From Candidatus Bathyarchaeota archaeon (GTDB lineage Archaea > Thermoproteota > Bathyarchaeia > Bathyarchaeales > Bathycorpusculaceae), in contig CAVZPM010000001.1 of NCBI GenBank assembly GCA_963777155.1, forward strand, positions 172,481 to 236,480: 64,000 nucleotides of DNA, in the 5' to 3' direction. Positions 29,190 through 38,883 of the stretch are shown here, in pieces (the first letter of the stretch is position 1; each line of letters opens with the position of its first letter). The notes under the pieces were generated by a model that saw only the letters and a program-made list of their open reading frames with translations, was not told where the DNA came from and ran no database searches. Made by a program: the position numbers and the translations under genes.

Positions 29190-29644
29190 AAAGAATGCAA
29201 ACAACAACAAAACCATCAGTCACATTTGTGAACGCTGAAGGCTTAATCGTTGGCCGCATGTGCAGTAAAATTGCCAAACGATTGTTAAACGGCGAAGAAG
29301 TTATCATACTCAACGCTGAAAAAGCAGTCTTCTCAGGCAAACGTAAAAGTAAAATCGCTGAAGCTCATCTCTTCCTTGAAGTCGGCGCTCCAGAACGTGG
29401 TCCCTTCCACTATCGGAGACCAGACCGTTTCCTACGCAAAACTGTGAGAGGTATGCTTCCGTTCAAGCAGCCAAAAGGCAAAAACGCTTACAAACGCCTC
29501 AAAGCATATTTGGGAATACCAATTGAGTTTAAAGATCAACAATTAATTACATTCGAGGAAGCCTCATCAGTTGACTTGAAAGGTCCACACATGACCCTTG
29601 GTGAATTGGCAACTGAAATCGGATGGAGAAACAGGATGAAATAA
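29186..29644 (+). CDS. rpl13: 50S ribosomal protein L13
   Basis: IVGRMCSKIAK, NAEKAV, RKTVRGMLP. Confidence 0.96.
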   Translation: MKRMQTTTKPSVTFVNAEGLIVGRMCSKIAKRLLNGEEVIILNAEKAVFSGKRKSKIAEAHLFLEVGAPERGPFHYRRPDRFLRKTVRGMLPFKQPKGKNAYKRLKAYLGIPIEFKDQQLITFEEASSVDLKGPHMTLGELATEIGWRNRMK

Positions 29645-29646
29645 TT

Positions 29647-30057
29647 ATGCCCGCAAAAAAAGTCTTAGTAGTTAGTGGAAAAAGAAAAACCGCTGTTGCA
29701 CGCGCCATAGTCAAACAGGGCGTTGGCAAAGTGCGAATTAACATGACTCCAGTAGAAATAGTAGAACCAGATATTGCCCGCGCAAAAATCATGGAGCCAC
29801 TCCTGCAAGCAGGCGGAGACGTCTGGCAACAACTCGACATGGACGTTAAAACCAGCGGCGGAGGCTACATGGGACAGGCAGAAGCAGCACGCATGGCAAT
29901 CTCAAACGCACTCCTCAAATGGACCAAGAGCACACATCTACGCACAGTTTTCAGTGAATACGACCGAACAATGATTGCCGGAGACAGCAGAACCAAAGAA
30001 ACAAAGAAAGTCGGCGGAGCAGGCGCACGGTCCAAAGAACAGAAAAGCTACAGGTAG
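29647..30057 (+). CDS. rps9: 30S ribosomal protein S9
   Basis: [31 protein letters not shown]. Confidence 0.97.
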   Translation: MPAKKVLVVSGKRKTAVARAIVKQGVGKVRINMTPVEIVEPDIARAKIMEPLLQAGGDVWQQLDMDVKTSGGGYMGQAEAARMAISNALLKWTKSTHLRTVFSEYDRTMIAGDSRTKETKKVGGAGARSKEQKSYR

Positions 30058-30068
30058 GAGAAAACAAA

Positions 30069-30299
30069 ATGATTATTCCCGTAAGATGCTTCACATGCGG
30101 CAAACTTGTCGGCGACCGATGGGACGAATTTACACGTCGCATAAAAACCGGCGAGAACGCCAGCGACGTGCTGGACAGCTTAGGCTTGAAACGGTACTGC
30201 TGCAGACGCATGTTGCTCTCTAACGTGGAAATCATCGACGAAGTCTTGCGGTTCTACGAAGAAGCAGAAAAACGCAAAGAAGCCCGCAACTTCTACTAA
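30069..30299 (+). CDS. rpoN: RNA polymerase subunit N (Rpo10)
   Basis: [19 protein letters not shown]. Confidence 0.97.
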   Translation: MIIPVRCFTCGKLVGDRWDEFTRRIKTGENASDVLDSLGLKRYCCRRMLLSNVEIIDEVLRFYEEAEKRKEARNFY

Positions 30300-30472
30300 A
30301 CCATTTTTTTAACGGTTCAATTTTTTTACGTTTTATTGGCTACTGAAAGCTTCAGTGTTAACCTCTGCTCCTTAGCATAATGTTATTCCTCGAGGTGAAG
30401 CTGGAGCTCTTTGAGTTGGAAAGAATGTTTTTATTTGGTTTATGTTATAGCTTTCATTCAAGGTGTATTTGG

Positions 30473-31417
30473 ATGGGTAAAGGTTCAGGTTTCGGAAAAG
30501 TCATTCTGTTTGGCGAGCATTTTGTGGTTCATGGTGTGCCGGGTATCGTTTCAGCAATCGACTCCTCAACAGACGCAGAAGTAAAAAAAGCTGCTAAAGG
30601 CATAAACGTTCGGGATGAGCGGAAAACCGCTAAGGGTTACAGCGAGGAAAAAAGGCTCCAGCAACTCGAATCTATCGAGAGAATGCTAAAAGCCATGGGT
30701 ATTGACCCCAAGATCGCGTTGGATATCTGGGTCGGCGGCACTCTTCCAGGCTTTAGTGGACTTGGAGCTTCCGCGGCAAGCAGCGTTGCAATCGCGCGAG
30801 CCATCGCTCAAGAACTCGGGATGAAAATTTCTAATGAAAAAATCAATCAAGTCGCTTACGAAGCCGAGAAAGCTTACGCGGGCAACCCTTCAGGCATCGA
30901 CAACACTGCAGCCACTTATGGCGGTCTGATGTGGTTTAAGAAAAACATGGGCGGAGGACCTGACAAAGTTGAACCCCTAAGCATCAAAGAGCCTGTGGAA
31001 ATCGTCATCGGAAGCACGGGCAAAGTTGCCAACACCAAAGCCATGGTCGAAGGGGTAGCCGAACGCAAACTTAAAAACCCCCAAAAATACAACCAGATCT
31101 TCAAACGAGCAGAAGAACTAGCTTACGAGGGCAGAGCTGCCTTGGAATTCTTCAACCTAAAAAAAATCGGTGACCTCATGAACGAAAACCATCGCCTGCT
31201 CCAAGAAATCGAGGTATCGAGCAAAGAACTCGACTTCCTTGTTGAATTAGCAAGAAAGCAAGGCGCAATCGGGGCTAAACTTACAGGCGGCGGAGGCGGA
31301 GGCTGCATGGTTGCGTTGACACCGGGTAAAGAGTTGCAGGGCAAAGTTGCGTCTGCATTCAAAACGGCTGGCTACGATTTCTTAGCAACCAAAATCGGCG
31401 TCGTAACCCAGTATTAA
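30473..31417 (+). CDS. mvk: Mevalonate kinase
   Basis: GKVILFGEHFVVHG, GLGASAA, GNPSGIDN, GAKLTGGGGGGC. Confidence 0.92.
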   Translation: MGKGSGFGKVILFGEHFVVHGVPGIVSAIDSSTDAEVKKAAKGINVRDERKTAKGYSEEKRLQQLESIERMLKAMGIDPKIALDIWVGGTLPGFSGLGASAASSVAIARAIAQELGMKISNEKINQVAYEAEKAYAGNPSGIDNTAATYGGLMWFKKNMGGGPDKVEPLSIKEPVEIVIGSTGKVANTKAMVEGVAERKLKNPQKYNQIFKRAEELAYEGRAALEFFNLKKIGDLMNENHRLLQEIEVSSKELDFLVELARKQGAIGAKLTGGGGGGCMVALTPGKELQGKVASAFKTAGYDFLATKIGVVTQY

Positions 31418-31629
31418 AGAGGCGGATAAACCCCCCGACCTTTCCCTTTTATAGGATTAATTTGTTTCTCTCGCAGAAAGCTGACCGTTTCACTATGCAA
31501 ATCGTCTATTGTCCCGCTAGCATGTGTCCGCCAGTTTCAAAGGCACAACTTTGCGCTGGGAATATGTTTTGAAGGAATCCACAGTACGAGTGATGGACGG
31601 TCTAGTGCTTCTAAAAACGGATCTGTCGC

Positions 31630-31860
31630 TCAATGGCCTTTCTTTTCATCCTCAAAGAACAAAATCCTCTGCTTCTTTATCGCATTAAAACTCTCACCAG
31701 TATGGACATTACAAACAACCGATAGCATGGATTTAGGATACATATCTGGATCGATTACCTCGCTTGGTCGCCGAATCCTCAGCAGTCTAATCAACGCACT
31801 AGTTCCCACAACAACCCGGCTAGAATAAACCCAAACGCCATATCCCAGGGGTAACACCAT
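31630..31860 (-). pseudogene. Possible degenerate PIN-like remnant
   Basis: RVVVGTSALIRLL resembles the PIN beta1 motif (VVVDTSALI) with D->G; lies beside an intact TA pair; weak. Confidence 0.2.
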
Positions 31861-31985
31861 ATTCCTTCAGGCCCTATCCAGACAAGGGCGCGGTAACCTT
31901 CGGGGTTTAATTTCGTTTTCTGATTGAATTGACTTCGCTGCGCAATGTAAAAACTTATTTACTTGTAGGAATTTATGGATATATT

Positions 31986-32255
31986 ATGACAGAGCAAGAG
32001 CAAATCGAAGACATCATTAAGGTGTCATCCAAAGGTCAAATCGTAATCCCCAGAGAGGTTCGTAAGAAACTGGGTATGAAAGGCGGCGAGAAACTTTTAG
32101 TGCTTACTCGTAACGGTGAAATAGTGCTTAGAAAAACTCAAGAATTAACCATGAATGACATAGCTAGGAGAATTAGCAAGACAGTACAAGAAGAACACAT
32201 TGACGTTGACAAGCTCGTGGCTGAGGCAGTCGAGTGGGCAAGAAAGTCAAAGTAG
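31986..32255 (+). CDS. AbrB/MazE/SpoVT-family antitoxin
   Basis: KVSSKGQIVIPREVRKKLGM. Confidence 0.9.
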   Translation: MTEQEQIEDIIKVSSKGQIVIPREVRKKLGMKGGEKLLVLTRNGEIVLRKTQELTMNDIARRISKTVQEEHIDVDKLVAEAVEWARKSK

Positions 32256-32653
32256 TCTTCGATACGAACGTCTGGGGTTCAATCTTCATGGAAGAGGTTC
32301 TCTATGACGAGTTTTCGCAAACAAAGCAAGAATTAACCGTTTATGTAAGCAAAGACATTATCCTTGAATTATCGAAAGTCTTGCTATATCCAAGAATCGC
32401 AAAGGTACTAGGGAAGAGCAGCTTACACGAAAAGGACGTTTTGCGAGCCATCTCAGCAGACTCTAAGATGGTCGAGCCTAAGCTGACACTGTATGTCATA
32501 AATGAGGATGTCGAAGATAATAAGATACTCGAATGTGCTCTTGCGGCTAAAGCAGACATCATCGTATCAGGAGACAAACATCTTCTTAAACTTGGCAAGT
32601 TTAGGAAAACCAGAATACTTACGCCCAGAGAATTTTTCGGCAGCTTATCTTGA
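32234..32653 (+). CDS. PIN-domain toxin (VapC-like, TIGR00305-type)
   Basis: VVFDTNV, EDNKILECA, IVSGDKHLL, ILTPREF. Confidence 0.9.
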   Translation: MGKKVKVVFDTNVWGSIFMEEVLYDEFSQTKQELTVYVSKDIILELSKVLLYPRIAKVLGKSSLHEKDVLRAISADSKMVEPKLTLYVINEDVEDNKILECALAAKADIIVSGDKHLLKLGKFRKTRILTPREFFGSLS

Positions 32654-32825
32654 AATTGAAAAAAGGGAGAGCGACTGCGTAGAAATTGGAGTGGCGGAAG
32701 CTTCTAAAATCCCCGTGAGTGGTCGTAAATTTTTACGAAGCCACACCCACCAAAGAGAACCTAAAGGAATTCTGCGATTGTTTTTTAAGAAGGTAACAAG
32801 TAAATTGGATTTAAGGCGAATCAAA

Positions 32826-34133
32826 GTGGGCTTAAGAGACTTCATTGAGCAACTCCAAAAGAATGGAGAATTAACAAGGATCACAAAGCCTGTCTCAACC
32901 GAGTTTGAGATCGCAGGCATCATAAACGCGTTGGGCGAAAGACCTGTTTATTTTGAGAACGTCAAAGAATCATCTTACCCCGTTGTGGCGGGACTTGTTT
33001 CCAGCAAAGAGAGGATCTGCCGCAGTCTGGGCACAACTAAAGAGCAGCTATTGCCAAAACTCCTTAGCGCTATCGAGCACCCGGTTCCGCCTCAGATGGT
33101 GCAAACAGCCCCATGCCACGAAGTCGTCGAAACCAATGTTGACTTAACTAAACTCCCAATCATGCATTACACCGAAAAAGATGGCGGTGACTACATCGCT
33201 TCAGCAGTATCCATCGTTAAAGATCCTGAACTTGGTAGAAACATGTGCTTCCACCGCCTCATGCTTTTAGACAAAAACCGCTTTGTCGCCCGAATAGTTG
33301 AGCACCGAGGCACCGATACAGCACTAAAGAAGGCAGGCGGCGAACTTGACATTGCCTTTTGCCTAGGGAACTCCACCGCAACTTTACTTGCAGCCGCAAC
33401 GACCCTGCCAATGGGCGTGGATGAACTTGGAATGGCAAACGCGTTAGAGAAAACTGATTTAGTCAAATGCAAAACTGTCGATTTGGAAGTTCCAGCCGAC
33501 TGTGAATTTGTGTTAGAAGGAAGGATAACCCAAGAGAGAGCCGCGGAAGGGCCGTTTCTGGATTTGACTGGTATTGTGGATCGTGTCCGCCAGCAACCCG
33601 TCGTGGAAATTAAATGCATAACTCACCGCAAAGACCCAATTTACCAAACAATCCTCGCAGGCAAAAACGAACACAAGTTCCTTATGGGCATGCCAAAAGA
33701 ACCCACCATCTACTCTGAAGTTGGCAAAGTCTGCCAAGTCAAGGACGTCTACGTTACTCCAGGCGGATGCAGCTGGCTCCACGCGGTTGTCCAAATTAAA
33801 AAGGTGAACGCCGACGACGGCAAAAAAGCCATAGCTGCCGCGTTTGAAGGACACAAATCCCTAAAACACTGCGTTGTAGTGGACGAAGACATAAACATTT
33901 ATGACCCACATGACGTTGAATGGGCAATTGCCACAAGGTTCCAAGCCGACAAAAACACCATCATCCTATCTAATCAACCTGGCTCTTCGCTGGACCCGTC
34001 AGGCGACCTCTCAGAAGGCAAAAAAGCCACAACCGCCAAAGCAGGCTTAGACGCTACGGCGCCGTTAGTGACTACTGGCAAGGGCTTTCAGAAACATGAC
34101 TACGTTAAAGTTGATTTAAACAAGTATATGTGA
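32826..34133 (+). CDS. UbiD-family prFMN decarboxylase, probable trans-anhydromevalonate 5-phosphate decarboxylase
   Basis: EFVLEG..EGPFLD, GCSWLH, VVVDEDINI..VEWAIATR, SSLDPS; context between mvk and AcnX/IPK. Confidence 0.85.
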   Translation: MGLRDFIEQLQKNGELTRITKPVSTEFEIAGIINALGERPVYFENVKESSYPVVAGLVSSKERICRSLGTTKEQLLPKLLSAIEHPVPPQMVQTAPCHEVVETNVDLTKLPIMHYTEKDGGDYIASAVSIVKDPELGRNMCFHRLMLLDKNRFVARIVEHRGTDTALKKAGGELDIAFCLGNSTATLLAAATTLPMGVDELGMANALEKTDLVKCKTVDLEVPADCEFVLEGRITQERAAEGPFLDLTGIVDRVRQQPVVEIKCITHRKDPIYQTILAGKNEHKFLMGMPKEPTIYSEVGKVCQVKDVYVTPGGCSWLHAVVQIKKVNADDGKKAIAAAFEGHKSLKHCVVVDEDINIYDPHDVEWAIATRFQADKNTIILSNQPGSSLDPSGDLSEGKKATTAKAGLDATAPLVTTGKGFQKHDYVKVDLNKYM

Positions 34134-34138
34134 TTAGC

Positions 34139-35338
34139 ATGGAACTAACCAAGCAAGAACAAGCAATGCTGGATGGCAAAGAAGGCTACGCTATCCGCAA
34201 AAGCATGGAAATCCTAACTGCGCTCGGCGATATTTTTGGCGCAAAAAGCCTAATCAAAGTTGGCAGCGTCCAAGTTGCTGGTGTATCCTACCACAACCTT
34301 GGCGACGCAGGGCTCGAATTCCTAAATGAACTCGCAGTTGACGGTAGAGTAAAAGTTCTAACCACCCTCAACCCTGCAGGCATGGACCTGGAAAACTGGC
34401 AGCAACTGGGTATTAGCCCCGAATTTGCAGAAAAACAGAACCTTGTCATCGACGCTTTCAAACGTATGGGCATCCTAATCAGCTGCACTTGCACACCCTA
34501 TCTAATCGGAAACTTGCCGCTCTACGGTGAACATGTTGCGTGGTCTGAAAGCAGCGCGGTCACATTTGCTAACTCAGTTTTGGGCGCAAGAACGAACCGT
34601 GAAGGAGGACCATCAGCATTGGCGGCGGCATTCGTAGGCAAAACTCCATGTTATGGCTTGCATCTTGACGAGAACCGAGTTCCCGATGTACAAGTTCAAG
34701 TTAATGCAGAATTAGTCAAGCTCTCCGATTGGGGCGCATTGGGTTACGCGATTGGCAGGAAGGCAGAAAATAAAATCCCATACATAACTGGTATCAAAAA
34801 CGCTGAACTTGACGAGCTCAAATCCTTCTGCGCTTCAGTCGTAACGTATGGCGCGAAACCGCTTTTCTATATGAAGGGCGTAACTCCTGGAGCTGAACAG
34901 CAGCCGCAACTCAAAGAAAAAATAATTATTGAGCAAAGTGACCTCAAAAACGCTTACGACAACATAAACGACGACGTATCCGAGATTGAGTTGGTCTGCT
35001 TGGGTTGCCCGCACTGTTCGATTAAGGAAATCTCTGAAATCGCCGAGTTAGTGAAAGGCAGAAGGGTTGCGGAGGGCACGGAGTTTTGGGTTGCTACTTC
35101 CCGAACAGCAAAGCAGCTTGCAGATAAGCGCGGCTACACTGCAACGATTGAAGCGGCTGGCGGCAAATTCGCATGTGACACCTGCATGGCAGTTGCGCCG
35201 CTCAAGGGCAGGTTCAAATCGTTGGCGACTACTTCGGCGAAGGGATGTTTCTATTCGAGGCAGAATCTCATGAAAACCAAGATGGGCAGTATGAAAGAGT
35301 GTGTCGAGGCGGCGGTGACTGGAAAATGGAGCAACTAA
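34139..35338 (+). CDS. Aconitase X large subunit, probable phosphomevalonate dehydratase large subunit
   Basis: GVSY, TTLNPAG, CTCTPY, WSESSA, RTNREGG, GCPHCS, DTCM. Confidence 0.9.
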   Translation: MELTKQEQAMLDGKEGYAIRKSMEILTALGDIFGAKSLIKVGSVQVAGVSYHNLGDAGLEFLNELAVDGRVKVLTTLNPAGMDLENWQQLGISPEFAEKQNLVIDAFKRMGILISCTCTPYLIGNLPLYGEHVAWSESSAVTFANSVLGARTNREGGPSALAAAFVGKTPCYGLHLDENRVPDVQVQVNAELVKLSDWGALGYAIGRKAENKIPYITGIKNAELDELKSFCASVVTYGAKPLFYMKGVTPGAEQQPQLKEKIIIEQSDLKNAYDNINDDVSEIELVCLGCPHCSIKEISEIAELVKGRRVAEGTEFWVATSRTAKQLADKRGYTATIEAAGGKFACDTCMAVAPLKGRFKSLATTSAKGCFYSRQNLMKTKMGSMKECVEAAVTGKWSN

Positions 35339-35730
35339 AGGGCAGAATAATCTACAAGGGCAAAGTAGAAGGCGAAGCGCTTGTTACGGAGATGCCGATT
35401 TCCTTCTATGGCGGCGTTGACCCAAACACAGGCGTCGTAATCGAGAAAGGCCATCAACTCAACGGCCAAAGCGTCAAAGGCAAAATCCTAGTTTTCCCAC
35501 AGGGCAAAGGCAGCACAGTCGGCAGTTATACGCTGTACCGAATGAAGAAAAACGGCACAGCCCCAGCTGGCATGATAAACAAAGAATGCGAAACCATCGT
35601 TGCCGTCGGCGCAATCATCAGCGAAATCCCTACCATAGACAAAATCGACATCTGTAAAATCAAAACAGGCAACAAAATATCCATCGACAATGACATCGTT
35701 AGCCTGACTTTGCCCAGTCAAATCTTGTGA
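35326..35730 (+). CDS. Aconitase X swivel subunit (DUF126), probable phosphomevalonate dehydratase small subunit
   Basis: ISFYGGVDPNTG, GKGSTVGSY. Confidence 0.9.
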   Translation: MEQLKGRIIYKGKVEGEALVTEMPISFYGGVDPNTGVVIEKGHQLNGQSVKGKILVFPQGKGSTVGSYTLYRMKKNGTAPAGMINKECETIVAVGAIISEIPTIDKIDICKIKTGNKISIDNDIVSLTLPSQIL

Positions 35731-35886
35731 AAATCAGTCTTTAGAATTGCTCGGATTTGTGCATAAGTAATCTTACGCCTTTACGGTTATTCACGGCAAT
35801 GCATCACCATACCTGCACGACTGAGTAGAAAAAAGTGCAACGTTAAATTAGCAGAACTCAAATATGCATAGTTGGTTACGATTCCC

Positions 35887-36690
35887 ATGAACGATTCAAA
35901 CCCAGTAATCCTGAAACTTGGCGGCTCAGCCATCACCGACAAAACCGGCGAGTTAGCTGCAAAAACAGAAATCATAAATCGCCTAGCAGAAGAAATCAAG
36001 CGGGCAGACCTAGACAACCTAATCATTGTTCACGGAGGCGGCAGCTTTGGTCACCCAACCGCAGAGAAATACGGCATAAAAGATGGCTACAAAGAAGACC
36101 CAACCCAGAAACTGGGATTTGCCGAAACCCACCACGTCATGACCGTCCTAAACGGCTTAGTCATGGACGCACTAATCTGGCATGAAGTCCCAGCAGTAAG
36201 CGTTGCACCATCATCCTGTATGGTAACTGAAAACGGCAAAGTCAAATTCTTCGACGAAACCGTCTTCAAATCTATGGCAAAAATGACTTTCACACCAGTT
36301 ATGTACGGCGACGCAGTCCTTGACGAAAAGCTCGGCTTCACAATTCTTTCAGGTGACCAACTTGTAGCTTACTTAGCTCTTAAGTACAAAGCGACAAAAA
36401 TCGTGGTGGGCACAGACACCGATGGCTTATTTGATTGCGACCCCAAAACTAACCCCAACGCTAAACCCTACAAACACCTTACGTTGGCGGAGTTAAAGGA
36501 GATTCAGCCAAAACTCGGCAAAGCACAAGGCAAAGACGTTACAGGCGGTATGGCAGGCAAAATAACCGCATTAATCCCGGCTATTGAGGCAGGTGTCCAT
36601 GTTACGGTAACGGGTGCCACAAAAGGGTTATCTATTTACAGAGCCTTAACAGACCAAAGTGTGTTGGGCACTGAAATAGAGAAGGCGTAA
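35887..36690 (+). CDS. ipk: Isopentenyl phosphate kinase
   Basis: LKLGGSAITDK, HGGGSFGH, ILSGD, DVTGGM. Confidence 0.93.
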   Translation: MNDSNPVILKLGGSAITDKTGELAAKTEIINRLAEEIKRADLDNLIIVHGGGSFGHPTAEKYGIKDGYKEDPTQKLGFAETHHVMTVLNGLVMDALIWHEVPAVSVAPSSCMVTENGKVKFFDETVFKSMAKMTFTPVMYGDAVLDEKLGFTILSGDQLVAYLALKYKATKIVVGTDTDGLFDCDPKTNPNAKPYKHLTLAELKEIQPKLGKAQGKDVTGGMAGKITALIPAIEAGVHVTVTGATKGLSIYRALTDQSVLGTEIEKA

Positions 36691-36691
36691 G

Positions 36692-37795
36692 ATGGCAGAA
36701 GTAACCGGCAAACGCAAAGTTGACCATATCCGTATCTGCTTAGATCAAAAAGCACAAGCTAAAAACGCAACGGCAGGCTTCGAAGATATTTCGCTTGTTC
36801 ACCGTGCGTTGCCAGAAATCAACAAATCCAAAATCAACCTCTCAACCACTTTTTTGGCCAAAAAATTTAGCGCCCCCCTAATTGTTGGAGCCATGACTGG
36901 AGGCGCTGAAGAAGCAATCGCAATTAATGCTTCCATCGCTGAAGCTGTGGAAAAGCTTGGTTTGGGCATGGGTCTAGGGAGCCAACGAGCTGCTGTTGAA
37001 AACAAAAGCTTAGAGAAAACTTATCGAGTGGCACGAGATAAAGCCCCGACGGCGTTCTTGATCGCTAATGTCGGTGGAGTTCAGCTTGTAAATGGTTATG
37101 GCGTTAAAGAAGTTAAAAAAATTGTTGAAATGATTGATGCCGATGCCGTTGCAATCCACCTGAATGCTTTGCAGGAAGCGGTGCAACCTGAGGGACAAAC
37201 TAACTTCCAAGGCGTTCTGGAAAAGATTGGTGAAATTGCAGGCGCAATCAAAGTACCTGTCATCGTCAAGGAGACTGGTGCAGGAATTTCGTATGAGGAC
37301 GCTAAAGCCCTTGAGGAAGCAGGCGTTAAAGCTATAGATATTGGTGGAGTTGGCGGAACCAGTTTTGCAGCCGTCGAATATTACCGGTCTGACAAGAAAA
37401 AAGATGTTGTTCAAAATTATTTAGGTGAGGCTTTCTGGGATTGGGGCATACCCACTGCAGTTAGCCTTGTCGAGAACGCTCAAACTGTCAAGTTGCCCTT
37501 GATTGCTTCAGGCGGCATACGAACAGGCACAGACATAGCCAAAGCCTTAGCTCTTGGAGCAAGCTTAACCGCCGTTTCCCAGCCCATTCTTGAAGCAGCC
37601 GTCAAAGGAGCCAAAGAAACTCAAGAAAAACTAAGCTGCCTAATCGAGGAGCTACGAAACGTCATGTTCCTTGTAGGCACAGAAAAAATAAGCGATATAG
37701 CCAAATCTCCCGTTGTGATAACTGGGAAAACCGCTCAATGGTTGCAAGCACGCGGATTCAACTTGGAAAAATACGCCAAAAAAGGAGCACACTAA
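36692..37795 (+). CDS. fni: Type 2 isopentenyl-diphosphate isomerase
   Basis: RKVDHI, AMTGG, GSQRAA, HLNALQEAVQPEG, KETGAG, GGTSF. Confidence 0.95.
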   Translation: MAEVTGKRKVDHIRICLDQKAQAKNATAGFEDISLVHRALPEINKSKINLSTTFLAKKFSAPLIVGAMTGGAEEAIAINASIAEAVEKLGLGMGLGSQRAAVENKSLEKTYRVARDKAPTAFLIANVGGVQLVNGYGVKEVKKIVEMIDADAVAIHLNALQEAVQPEGQTNFQGVLEKIGEIAGAIKVPVIVKETGAGISYEDAKALEEAGVKAIDIGGVGGTSFAAVEYYRSDKKKDVVQNYLGEAFWDWGIPTAVSLVENAQTVKLPLIASGGIRTGTDIAKALALGASLTAVSQPILEAAVKGAKETQEKLSCLIEELRNVMFLVGTEKISDIAKSPVVITGKTAQWLQARGFNLEKYAKKGAH

Positions 37796-37796
37796 C

Positions 37797-38867
37797 TTGG
37801 ATATCGAAAAGTTCCTTGAAGAGTCAGCGCCATTAATCGATAAGGCTATCGAAAAATATATCCCGCGAAAGTTTGGCAAGGATGCTGTTCTCTTCAAAGT
37901 TACTCCGCCAATTTACAGCTACACATTGGAACCCCTGAACAAAGCGATTGCTGACCCCATCTGGGATATGCTTGACCGAGGCGGAAAACGTTGGCGCCCT
38001 GCGCTTTTCCTTCTGATTTGTGAATCTTTGGGTAAAAAAGCAGACTACTGCTTAGACTTCTCAATCATCCCCGAAGTCATCCACAACGGTACATTGGTCA
38101 TCGACGACATCGAAGATTCCTCCGAAATGCGACGAGGCAAACCCTGCACATACAAGATTTTCCAAACCGATATCGCTGTTAACGCTGGAAACGCCATGTA
38201 CTACCTCCCACTCCTCTCACTGATGGCACAAAGGACAAAGCTCTCGGCTGAGGCACAGCGGGATGTTTACGAGGTTTACGTTCAGGAAATGATTAACCTG
38301 AGCATGGGACAAGCCATGGATATCGCGTGGCATAGAGGCATAGCAAACGCTGACGATCTTGGAGAAGACGATTACTTACAGATGTGTGCCTACAAAACAG
38401 GCACCTTAGCCCGCATGGCAGCAAAAATGGCGGCGGTAATAGCAGAAGCAGACCCCAAACTCGTCGAAAAACTTGGGAGATTTGCCGAAAGCATCGGTGT
38501 GGCCTTCCAGATGCAGGACGACATCTTAGATTTGACTGGACAAGAGTTCGCCAAAAAGAAAGGCGGCGTCGGACAAGACATCACAGAGGGCAAGCGGTCC
38601 TTAATGGTTATTTTCACGCTCAAGAAAGCCAATAGCAAAGACAAAAAACGGCTAATCCAAATCCTAAACATGCATACCTCTGACCAAGCTCTCCGAGACG
38701 AAGCCATCGCACTAATGCAGAAGTATGGCGCCATGGAACATGTCAAGCAAACCGCTGAACGGATGGTTATGACGAGTTGGAATGAAGCAGAAAAACTGTT
38801 GCCCACGCCACAAGCTAAGGAAAAATTAAAAGCGTTCGCTGAATTCTTGATACAACGAAGCAAGTAA
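37797..38867 (+). CDS. idsA: Polyprenyl (geranylgeranyl) diphosphate synthase
   Basis: GGKRWRP, DDIEDSSEMRRG, GQAMD, YKTG, FQMQDDILD, EGK. Confidence 0.9.
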   Translation: MDIEKFLEESAPLIDKAIEKYIPRKFGKDAVLFKVTPPIYSYTLEPLNKAIADPIWDMLDRGGKRWRPALFLLICESLGKKADYCLDFSIIPEVIHNGTLVIDDIEDSSEMRRGKPCTYKIFQTDIAVNAGNAMYYLPLLSLMAQRTKLSAEAQRDVYEVYVQEMINLSMGQAMDIAWHRGIANADDLGEDDYLQMCAYKTGTLARMAAKMAAVIAEADPKLVEKLGRFAESIGVAFQMQDDILDLTGQEFAKKKGGVGQDITEGKRSLMVIFTLKKANSKDKKRLIQILNMHTSDQALRDEAIALMQKYGAMEHVKQTAERMVMTSWNEAEKLLPTPQAKEKLKAFAEFLIQRSK

Positions 38868-38883
38868 AGCGAGTGTACTGGAT

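Noticed and set aside
32502-32825. 108-aa N-terminal extension of UbiD in the ORF track
   Set aside because: Overlaps the PIN gene and an intergenic hairpin; UbiD similarity starts at GTG 32826
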